From positions 1-64,000 of the forward strand of contig NW_026869307.1 in assembly GCF_020745735.1 (NCBI RefSeq): a stretch of DNA of 64,000 nt, in the 5' to 3' direction. This DNA comes from Hemiscyllium ocellatum. Its lineage: Eukaryota. Under the pieces are notes generated by a model. That model ran no database searches and had not been told where the DNA came from. It saw only the letters and a list, made by a program, of their open reading frames with translations. The position numbers and the translations under genes were made by a program. Shown here piece after piece: positions 10,601-20,479 of the stretch (the stretch's first letter is position 1; every line of letters starts with the position of its first letter).

Positions 10601-11836
10601 TATCCTCGCTTTAAAAACATTCCTCGAGGTAGGTAGCTCCAGTGCTTCACTGGAAAGGGAATTCCTCAGATTCACAGCCCTTTGAGTGAAGAAGTTGGAC
10701 CTCAACTCAGTCCTAAATCTGCTTCCCCTAATTTTGAGGCTATGTGTGAAGTGAAAGGAGAGTTAACGTTTTCAGGTCCAGCGACCTTTCTTCAGAAGCG
10801 TTCTGAAGAAGGATAGTTGGATGCTAAACGTTAGCGCACACAGATGCTGCCAGACCTGCTGAGTTTTTCCAGCAATTTCTAGTTTTGTTTCAGATTTCCA
10901 GAATGCACATTTTTTTTGTTTTATCTTATTGCATGAATTTATTTCATCGTAAAATTTGAACAGTTATCCCATTTCACTATCTTGACGCAAAATCAACTGC
11001 TTCTGCCCCAAAAAGGCGCTCATTGAATTAATAACACTGTGCAATGTCATGATCACAATGAGCAGTGGAATTGACATTGAGAAATGGCGCAAGACGTACG
11101 AAAGCTAATTAACAGCCATTGTATAGCGAGGTCATTGGGGAAGAGATCTCCTATAATGTGAAGCAAAAACGCTGTAACCGAGTTTTCTCTAATTATTAAA
11201 GCTCAGATCACATGAATTGCATAAAACAGCTGAATAGTTGTTTGTCCTGGGTGCAGTGCCACTTACCGCACACTGTCAGCAATGAGCCGCTTTCCGCTCC
11301 ATGGGTGGCTTGCTGATGCTTTATTTTACAATGATACATTCCAGAGTCTGCAAAAGTGACGTTGAGAATGTGAAGCGAGCCTCTTCCTTTCTGGACATGG
11401 AAACGCTTACTGTTGTCTGGTTCCAGAAACGATTCCTCGTTGTGTCTCCACCAAAATATTTCAGGAACATGTTCAAATATTGGAAATGTGCAGAACATGG
11501 AAACATTGTCACCTCTCGCCGCCTCTAAGAGTTTGGGAAACTGATGTACTTTGCTCGAAGTTACTTTAGTGACTACTGAAATAAAAGTAAAACCATGATA
11601 CTAGCTGTAGACAGCTGACCTGAAATAACATCGGGAGGAGTAAAATATTGAGAACAATTGAGAACAATCGCACGCATCAAATTGGAGAAGCAAAACATCA
11701 AACTTTGCAATTCACGGAAGCTGTAAATATGAAATAAAATCTAGGTTACTCTAAAAGGGCAATTCTAACATATAGGAGTACCTGGCCAAGCCATACGCAG
11801 AAGAGCCATGAACAGAACCGCTGCTCTCACCAACAT
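7507..11836 (-). CDS. Non-rearranging IgSF type I receptor, leader-V(J-like)-C1-TM; join(11782..11836,11267..11575,8328..8624,7507..7611); 3' cytoplasmic exons unresolved (SIRP/NCR3LG1/VJ-C1-like architecture)
   Basis: Four exons splice in frame, all phase 1 with GT-AG introns, giving 255 codons: MLVRAAVLFMALLRMAWP|VVTKVTSSKVHQFPKLLEAARGDNVSMFCTF...DSGMYHC...ESGSLLTVC|VPPKLQ...CKTTAFFPEELGISWLRNG...YTCLVSH...FNR|GEGFNRLMIIGGAGGALAMVLIISIFLTLKLKVSA. Confidence 0.9.
7665..7808 (+). repeat. 144-bp direct repeat, copy 1 (intron between C1 and TM exons)
   Basis: Identical to 9304-9447 by direct comparison; the ORF track shows the same peptide at 7612..7797 and 9296..9490. Confidence 0.95.
7921..8268 (-). 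mobile_element. HE1-type SINE, diverged
   Basis: Reverse complement of the SINE core (gcacccggaggaaacc..., gggagaatgtgcaaactcca). Confidence 0.75.
8328..8624 (-). CDS. Exon 3: C1-set Ig domain
   Basis: Acceptor ttttctgttatag, donor CGAG|GTAAGA; C1 motifs CxxxxFFPxxLxISWLRNG, DGLYEVTSSL, YTCLVSH; 297 nt. Confidence 0.92.
9304..9447 (+). repeat. 144-bp direct repeat, copy 2 (intron between V and C1 exons)
   Basis: Identical to 7665-7808. Confidence 0.95.
10755..10910. mobile_element. Foldback Penelope-type mini-element, family 2 (CTGAAGA core)
   Basis: Inverted arms around cttcagaagcgttctgaag; minus strand CTGAAGA-a-AGGTC gctg GACCT-GAAAACGTT. Confidence 0.65.
11267..11575 (-). CDS. Exon 2: V-type Ig domain with J-like G strand
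   Basis: Acceptor ttacttttatttcag, donor TGCG|GTAAGT; B-strand Cys (VSMFC), Trp (IFWWR), SLHI, DSGMYHC, GSLLTV; 309 nt. Confidence 0.92.
11782..11836 (-). CDS. Exon 1: signal peptide
   Basis: ATG at 11836, MLVRAAVLFMALLRMAWP, donor CCAG|GTACTC, 55 nt, phase 1. Confidence 0.8.
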
Positions 11837-12699
11837 TTTGCAAATGGAATATAAGAGTGGCCTCCTTGATGTAAACACGGGCCGTATTTTGAGTGGCTGG
11901 TGTGGAGAGACAAATGGGTTTCATAGGTAAAATGTTAAACATGACATGAAATATCACATGACTAATGTGGCTTATTCAATATGGTTGTACTTCTCTGTGG
12001 GAGTTTGTTAGGTCGGAGGTCCGCTCCTAACTCCCTTCTGAAACGTTTCCATATGAAGTGATCATAGTATCACTGCGTTCCAAAATCCTCCTTCGTCAGC
12101 ACTCACATTTTATCGTTAGTTTAATTCTGAAAATATCGCTTCAGCTCGCAGTACTGCAACTCGTCATCTAAGCGATCCATTTCATGTAGCAACTGTTTAT
12201 CCTGGGAGCTCTGAGTTTTATGCAATTTTCATCTTTAACAACCTTCGAAAACTTGAGTTTTCAGGAGGAAGCACTGGATTGGTAATTTTATTCATCTCTA
12301 TTTCTCCACTCCAGAGCTGATGTGGACAGTTTGAGGTTTGCTTTGGCTGAAGATGAGGGATGTCAAGTCTGGGGAGCACATTTTTAAGGTGAGGGACAGC
12401 GATTTTTAAAAAAGACATGTGGGACAAACGTTTTTACACGTGCGTAATGATGTTCCTGACGACGTGATGGATCTGGATACAAATACAACATTTAAAAGCA
12501 ACATTTTACTTTGACAAGTAAACGAATAGGAAAAGTTTGGAGGGATACAGGCCAGGAGTGGGCAAGTGGGACTACATTAGATTAGGATTACATTCAGCAT
12601 GGACTGGTTGCACCGAAAAATCTGTTTCTGGGCTGTGTGACTCTCTGACTATGACTTTATCGAAGAGAATAGCATCACATCCTCCATCCTACTGAAGTT

Positions 12700-13560
12700 C
12701 CTCAGCCCGCATTTCATTCCATATAAGTATCTTCCAACATCTTTACGGCCTTGACATCCCTCAGGATTGAACATAAGACTCCAGGTTGAGGCTAATTCAT
12801 GTTCAAATTAGGGGTCTTATGCTTTATGTCCACTTGTCCACCCGCCTTCAAAATATTATAAACACACCCAGAACTTTACTATCAATTACATTGTCCTTCT
12901 CTAGACAATCACTAAAACGTGAATAATTCCTTCTGCTTGCTTTTTAAAAATATTCCATTATGAGCAAGGCAGATTTGTCCATCCCTAGTTACCCATGAGG
13001 GAAGACTCATTGCTCATTTTTATGCGTAGTAGGAAAGCTGTCAGGTCTTGCTGTTTTCTCATCAACTTGCTTAGAGACGTGGTGATATAGTATTGGACCC
13101 TTTGTTTTTTATACTGGGATCTGTCGGCTCAGAAGTGGGGACAATAATACTGCACCACAAGAACCCCTGAGCTGACAGTGCTGTTAGGAAACGCATGGGA
13201 CAGAGTTTTGAAAGCTATAAGATTAAATGGTCCAGTGCAAACACTAACCATTGCTATGAAATCTTTAAGATTGGTATTGACAACTGGAATTGTTGAAGAA
13301 TGATTTTTCAGGTCAATTGTTTTCCCTCATGAAATCCCAGCAATTGCTGAGTTTTCACATGTTGTGTGGATGTACAATAAAGGACTTCTGAAGGAATTAA
13401 AGATAGATACCACTCGAGCAGTGATGAATCTCCATAGACAGGTGAAAATGACTGTCGCGATTGTTTGTTGTGCTTCCCACAATTGCAACAGAAATTCCGA
13501 GGTGAAAAACAAAGCCGCACGGCAATTTTCATCAGGTAATTGTTACTAAGGAAGAAAGGG
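12700..13560 (-). mobile_element. Very old LINE-like fragment; paralogous to 44060-44950
   Basis: Colinear similarity, e.g. caatcactaaaacgtgaataattccttctgcttgcttt vs caatcactaaaatgtgaatcattccttctgcttgcttt. Confidence 0.5.
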
Positions 13561-14149
13561 CGTAATGGCAGTTCAGATATTAAATACATTGCATGCAAAG
13601 ATACATTTGGATTGATGGAATTAAGATGCCGAGTATGGAGGCATGATGATAAATATTAAATATTTGAAATACATTCATGATCTTTCAGTATGTGTAGAAA
13701 AGGCTTATGAGTCACATGGAGGTAATGATTGGAGATTTAATTTTGCTTCGCAATACAGAAACACAACTTCCTTATTTAACACTCCCAGCATTTCTTCCAC
13801 TCAATCAAGTTATAGCAGATTTGGAATTTTACAAGTTGCACTTGAGATTTGATACAGTGGTATTTCCCTATTGATTGCAATCTCCCAGAGTTGGAAATGC
13901 GAACCCGGTCAGGCGGCACAGGTGGAAGAAGAATCTGGCTTTCGAAGGACTGTGATCGTTCACTCGAACTTTGCTACGTTCAAAAGTGTAACACTTTGAG
14001 ATGGAGAGTCAGAAATAGCGAAAAGGGAGGATTATTATAGGGAGAACAGAGCAGAGATGAAAAGATTGGAGAGTTCTGGTACGGAGCCAACGAGAGTGGT
14101 GATGGGTGGAAAGAAACAATGTACCAGAACTGTAATCGGGAAGTGGAGT

Positions 14150-15260
14150 GAGAGTGACAGCCCTTGACACCAAGGCCATATTTGACTGACTGTGGCATCA
14201 AGGAATTCTAGAAAGCCTGGAAACAATGGGCATCAACAGGCAAACTCTTTGCTGGTTGGAGTAATACCTGACACATATGAAGATGGTTGCAGTTGTTGGA
14301 GGTCAGTTATCTCAGCGCCAAAGCATCTCTGCAGGAGTTGTTAAACATATTGTCTAAATCCAACCATCTTCTGCTGCTTCATCAATTACCTTCCTCTGAT
14401 GTCTAAAGTGATGATATTCGCTAATACTTGCATAAGATTCTGCAACATTTATGACTCTTCAGTCGCTGGAACAGTCCACGTTCAAATGCAACAAGATCTG
14501 AACAGTATTTAGGCTTGGACTAATAAATGGCAGGTAACATTCGCACCATACAAAGGCCAAACAATGGTATGACTGAAATCTCATTATTAACACCCTGGGG
14601 TTATCATTGATCAGATACTCAACTGGACTCGCCACAAAAAATACATAATGACTACAAAAGCTGATCAATGGCAAGGAATACTATCGTTGATAACTCACCT
14701 CCCAACTCCCCAAAACCAGCTCACAATCTACCAGGCACAAGTCAAGAATGTGATGGAATACACCTCATTTTGTCCGGATGGCTGTAGCTCAAACAACTCT
14801 GAAGAAGCTTGATATAATCTATGCCAAAGTCGCCCACTTGACTGGTAACACATCCACAAGCATCTACTCCCTAAGTTGCATCAACACTGAGGAGCATCAG
14901 TGTGTACCATCGAGAAAATGCGTTGTAGAAATGCATCAAAGATCGTTAGACAGCACGTTCCAAACACTGAACCACTTCTATCTAGAAGGACAAAGACAGT
15001 AGCTACATGGGACTAGGTGCAAGTTGCCCCCAATCCACTCACCATCCTGACATAGAAATATATCTCCATTCCTTCACTGTCACTTGGTCAAAGTGCTGGA
15101 ATTCCCTTCTAAAGGGCATTGTGGATCACCGTAGGGCACGTGAACTGCAGCAATTCAAAAAGGCAGCTCACGACGATCTTCTCAAGTGCAGTTATCGAAT
15201 GGCAATAAATGCTGACCAGCCAGCGATGCCCATGTCCCACATCCCACGAGTTAATGAAAA
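14150..15260 (+). mobile_element. L2-clade LINE RT C-terminal fragment
   Basis: Decayed DIKAAFDRVWHQG-like and CCFINYLP motifs; matches the reverse complement of 24900-26220. Confidence 0.75.
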
Positions 15261-18200
15261 AAGGTCTCATATTCACAAACATCATTTCTCTGATTGTTCA
15301 CATGCCACGAAGAGCTCTTCTGGTGTTTTGACCAACATAGTTCAGAAACGACATTTACAGATTATCTAACCATTGTGCGTGTAACTCATCAGGGTGCTCG
15401 CTGTAGTTCATATTTCTTCACACTACATTTGTCAAAACCTCACAAGTGCTTCATGGTTTCCAAGACTTTGGAGAGCATTGCATGTGCACATAAATCATTT
15501 TTTTTTTAATCTCCTGCTGGCAATAAAATTTGCGATGAACAAGTATGTCTCCAGTTTTGCCTTTGTCACAAACAGCGAGTTAATGAAATACTAAAAGAAT
15601 AAAATATACTTATTTCATCAAGGTTGTATACACTAACAAATGCAAAATTGGTTGGAATTTAACATTTCCTGAGGCCTCTTGCAAGTTAAAGAACTCAACG
15701 CACGTGAAATTCAGTATTATGACGCGGTAGTGGCAAAGCATTAAGGTTTTCTTTTTCCTATTGTCTCCATTTCCCAAGATAAACCTAGAACCAGGCTTTT
15801 AGTGGAATTCAGATGATTGAGTGAGCGTTCCGCATCTGATTCTTCATACTCTGGCGAACTAACACCGCAACGTTTTACACAGCAGCCCCACGTCTTTGGC
15901 AACAGTCAGAATGCTTGGGTAGATTAATAACGATTGACTGTCTATTTCCCTTTGCAGAAAATAACTGTGCAAATGAAGGTCAGAGGCAAAATCTGAATAA
16001 CACAACTCTATATCATGTTACTCGCGTGTTGCTCAGGAGTCAGGTAGTGATGTACTTACAGATGATGTACTGTACCAATGTCGTCATGTGAAATTCAAAA
16101 AACAACACGCATAAAAAGTCTTTAACGCAATTACTCATTGTATTGATTATTCCCTGACTAATATTCACGCCTTAATGAACTGCATTGAAGTGTATGATAT
16201 GCTCCTTACAATGTTTCCGTTTGTAGGGCTTTTTTTCTTTGATCGTGACTGCTATGTTTCCAACATGACACTGACAACATGACAAATGCAGATGTGTCAA
16301 AAATGTCAAGTTTGCGAAAAAAGCACTTTGGTAGCTCAAGTATAATGCACAAAATCAGTGGGCGAATTATATTATGCTATAGTCTAGTGTAACATGACCA
16401 TTCCATTGCATATGCAATCTAAAATATTCGACAGTTCAGCACTGAGAAATGTTTGAACTGCACGGTTATTCGCTGTTATGACTGCATACAATTGTCACTT
16501 TTTCTAAATATTTCCTGGCGTGATATAACTTAATTAAGAGAGATTCAGTTGCATGGAGTCAATTGTGCAATGATTGCTTTGAAAGAAAAACATAAATGAC
16601 TCTCTATGAGATGCTCCAACAGCAAAAGAATCTCCGAAGTGAATTGTATTTATCATTGACAATAGCTAATTCATCTGGTTAGCTCAATTAATGGGATCAC
16701 TAGTTCGTATTTGAACTCATTATCAATTATGGGGCTTTAATTTCCATTCAGTCTGAAGCAGATTTGCAACTTGACTCTGTCCCATTAAATGGAAATGTAA
16801 GGCAATATGAAACCCCACTGACAAGCCCCGCCAGGAAACGGCGCAGAATGAAGCAGCAAAGGATGGTGAACTAAGGATGCGCTCAGAATGTCAACGTTGA
16901 TTGAGCTAATATCAGAATAATGTCTTCAAATATTGCTTTCATAATCAGCACGCTGAAGAATCGCTAAACATAGACATTGCAGAGCTATCGTTTGTTTGAC
17001 AGATGTGAAAATACAAATAAACTTCTTAAATTATACTTCTGAATGTCCAACAATGTCTCATGAGCGTGATGTTGACTCGCACATCTTGAGATGGGCGCAA
17101 TGTCTAACCGCAAGTGTTTCCATTATGCTGATAATTGCGATGATGTTCTGTTTTCCAAGCGGTTGCAATGATTAGCTAAATGAAGCAAAAATGAGCGAGG
17201 TATTTTGATCTATTTTAATCGATAAGTTGCAAGAATTCCTACTTGAGTGGCAACCATCGTGTGATAGAAATACAGGATGGCGAAAATGGATTCATCTACG
17301 GCTAATACTTTTAATCTGAATAAATGACAAATGAGAAGAATTTAAAGGGAAAAGAACGAATTAAGGCAAGAAAATCATAACCAATGAAAGGCAAGTATGC
17401 GCACGCATACATGTAACAATAAAGCAATTATATGGCGTATGTATAAAGTATCCTGAGGCGCTTCATAGGGAACTGTGGAGCTCAGGGCATATCCACTAAC
17501 GATGAAAATTAGAAATGGACAAGAGATCAGAATTGGAACAAAAGGACGGTGCAAGAGGGATTTGAGAACAATGGTGAGAGTATTAAAATAAAGGGATTGT
17601 GAGATCAGGAGTCAATGTAGATAAACCAACAAGGTGATGATGTCAGAATAGGAATTACAGAAGTTACTGGCACGCCTACACAGACGTACATAAGTATATA
17701 TAGACACATAGGCAGTTATACATACATTCACATGCAGTTATAAATACGCATATATTCAAATACACAGTCAAAAATACCTACATATGCAAAGCAGACCAAC
17801 ACAGCAAATTGATAGCAGAATGAAAGATGAAAATAATACTGTCAAAGGGAGTATAAGAATTGGATGACTGTTGTCATAAAATAGAGTTGAAAAGTCTTCT
17901 ACAACCTTTAATTAGTAAACAGATGGCAAAACGTTTTGTGTCAGCTATTGATGAAAAACAGTGAATTGTGATCTGAGGCATAATGCAAAAGTGGATAATG
18001 TAATGAATATTTTGACTGATATTTACTAAAGAAGATGATTCAAACCAAGCATACAACGAAATGGAGAGGGTAGGTGGAATAAATTGTGTAAAAAGTCTGG
18101 CCAGGATATACTGGAAATGCTGTTTTTCCTAAGAGGCCATAGGTTGTTTGGTTTAGAAGGCTTACTTCGTGGGGTGCAAATGAAAGTGAGAATGGACATA

Positions 18201-19269
18201 ACAGGAGGGATTGCCAAATTTTTAAATCGTCCCCATATGCAGCAGTGGTGCTAGATAATTGGACAATAATAATGCTCAGCCCCTCTGACCTCATCCCACA
18301 ATGCACACCCACTGCCATGTGCTGCCACATGCACACTCTATACTTGTCTCTCCATCAGCACTACCTCCCATCCATCGCAATCTCCAGTTCCATTTTATTC
18401 TTTATTTCATGCACAAATTTAACAATAATCAATTCTTTTTCCTTTCAGTTGTTAAGGATATGGGTTCCCTTCTGGATTCGTCCTCCCTTCTTCTGCCCTT
18501 TGAATTAATCACTTCTTCTAATTCCACAACTTGCACTGTATTCACGGTAGCCTCTGCATATTCATCACATCAACTAGCATCAGTTACCCTGAATGACTGC
18601 TTAGCAATGCAGAGTGATGCCAAAATGTTGGGCTTCATTCCTGCACTTAAGTCACCGTGAAGGAGTTTCCTTCTGACCCTCTGCCCTTGGCTCAAAAGTA
18701 GTGACCCTCAGATTGAAACGACCATCAGTCATCTCTCCTTAATGAGAGAGCAGCCCGATAGTCTGGTAAGACTATGGTGACTTTAAGGTTTGCACTTTTA
18801 GACCTTCCTGCCAGATGCTGAAGAATTAACGCTCAGCAAAAAAAATTACACTTTATGACCTCACTTCAATGAATTGCAGGCTGTACCTAATGTCGAACTC
18901 TGGGGCAGGAGTTCCCATGTTTCTCCATGTTACATTCATGCGCCTACTCCTTTTGGACATCTGGTTTGGCCTTTTAGTTCAATGGTTTCATTGAGAATTT
19001 TCAACTTGACATCAACTGCCTTATTTTCTCTGCTCTCATTCTATACTCTAATCTGTGTCCCCCTGAATTTGCTGCACTACATTCTCCAAATTCTAACTAT
19101 GAATTTTTAGAATCGTATTTGCTATTAAGAAGAGTGCTGTTGTTGTCTATGTTATAAAGGCTGTGCACTAACTTTCCGAAACACCCTCTGATCTAACTCT
19201 GGATCATGGTCCCACAGAACATCACGCAGTTATTTTTGGGATGGTTATTAACCTCATCTGCTCTTGAGA

Positions 19270-20130
19270 TTTCTTTCTACAGTTCAGGATGGAAACGTGT
19301 AAATATTGGAGCGTGATGGGGCTCAGTGTTGTGACCACAATTGTTCACAATATATATATTAATGACTTAAAGGAGCAGAGTGAACGTCCTACAGCTAGGA
19401 TTGCAGATTGCCCAAAAATAGTTGGGCCGTGAAATGATTAGGATAATACAGTTTGCTGAAGAATATAATAAACAGGTTGCATGAGTGGACAATAATTTGA
19501 AAAATGTGTGATTGTACACTTTGCCAGGAAGAATAGAGAAGCCGAAGATTGTTTTTGTGGAGAAAGACCGAAATAAATGATGGAGCAGAAAAACTTTTGA
19601 GTCCTTTTCCATCGATCACAAAAAGCTAGAATCTGAGTTCAGCAATTATTATGGAAGGTAAGTAGAATGTTGCCCTGTATTTCAAAGTGAGTGGACTATG
19701 CATTTAGGAGATCCAATTAAAACTATGCAAGGCACTATTCAAACCATAGCTGGAATGCTGTGAACAGTTTTATTCCCGTTATCTAAGGAAATTTATGGAA
19801 GGACTGTCTTACAAAGACAGGCTGTGTAGTTTGAGCCTTTAATCATTATAAATTTAAAGTGAGAGGTAATCTGAATGCAAGACAGAAGGTTCTTATGGGA
19901 CCTGACAGATTAGAGGGTGAAAGGTTGTTTCCCTTTGTGGGAAAGTCTAGGACAAACTCTCAGAGTCAGGGGTTGCACATTTAAGACAGAAATATGAAAG
20001 AATTTCTGCTCTTAGAGAGTAGTGAATCTATGGAATTACTTCCAAAGGGGAGTTGTAAAGAATGAGTCTTTAATGATATTCAAGGCTGAGATAGACAGGT
20101 GTTTAAAAAGGTAAGGGTGAAAGGCAGCAA
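19270..20130 (+). mobile_element. Degenerate CR1 LINE 3' fragment
   Basis: RT C-terminal and 3' UTR similarity to the other CR1 copies (e.g. caaggctgagatagacagg). Confidence 0.7.
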
Positions 20131-20479
20131 AGTATAGTTTCCCTCTCCACACATGCTGCCAGATGTGCTGTGTTTGTTTCCTGATTTGACAAATGTTGAT
20201 CAGGTCATCACTCAGCCCTCACTTTTCCTGTTTTTTTTCTGTTAACAGATTATCAACATGACAGTCACACTGAGCAAACACAGCTTATGTTCTGTCTGGT
20301 AGGGTTTCACTCTGAGATCTCCTTTGTTCTGTATTACAATCAGCTGGGATAATAACAAAATGTGGATCATCCGAGGTAGACATCTGTTGAATTTGAAATC
20401 GATCTCTGAATCTTTAAAGAAATGACTACATAGAATTACTGGACCTGGAAAGAGGAGTTTTGAATTTTATTGCACAGAT

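Noticed and set aside
15860-16085. Possible minus-strand leader (MTTLVQYII|GTAAGT) and V-like start (IYPSILTVAKDVGLLCK)
   Set aside because: All frames have multiple stops and no Trp or YxC motif follows
20249-20352. C1-like motif LMFCLVGFHSEISF after a good acceptor
   Set aside because: Stops after 34 codons, lacks the C-strand Trp and second Cys, and borders a Gypsy remnant
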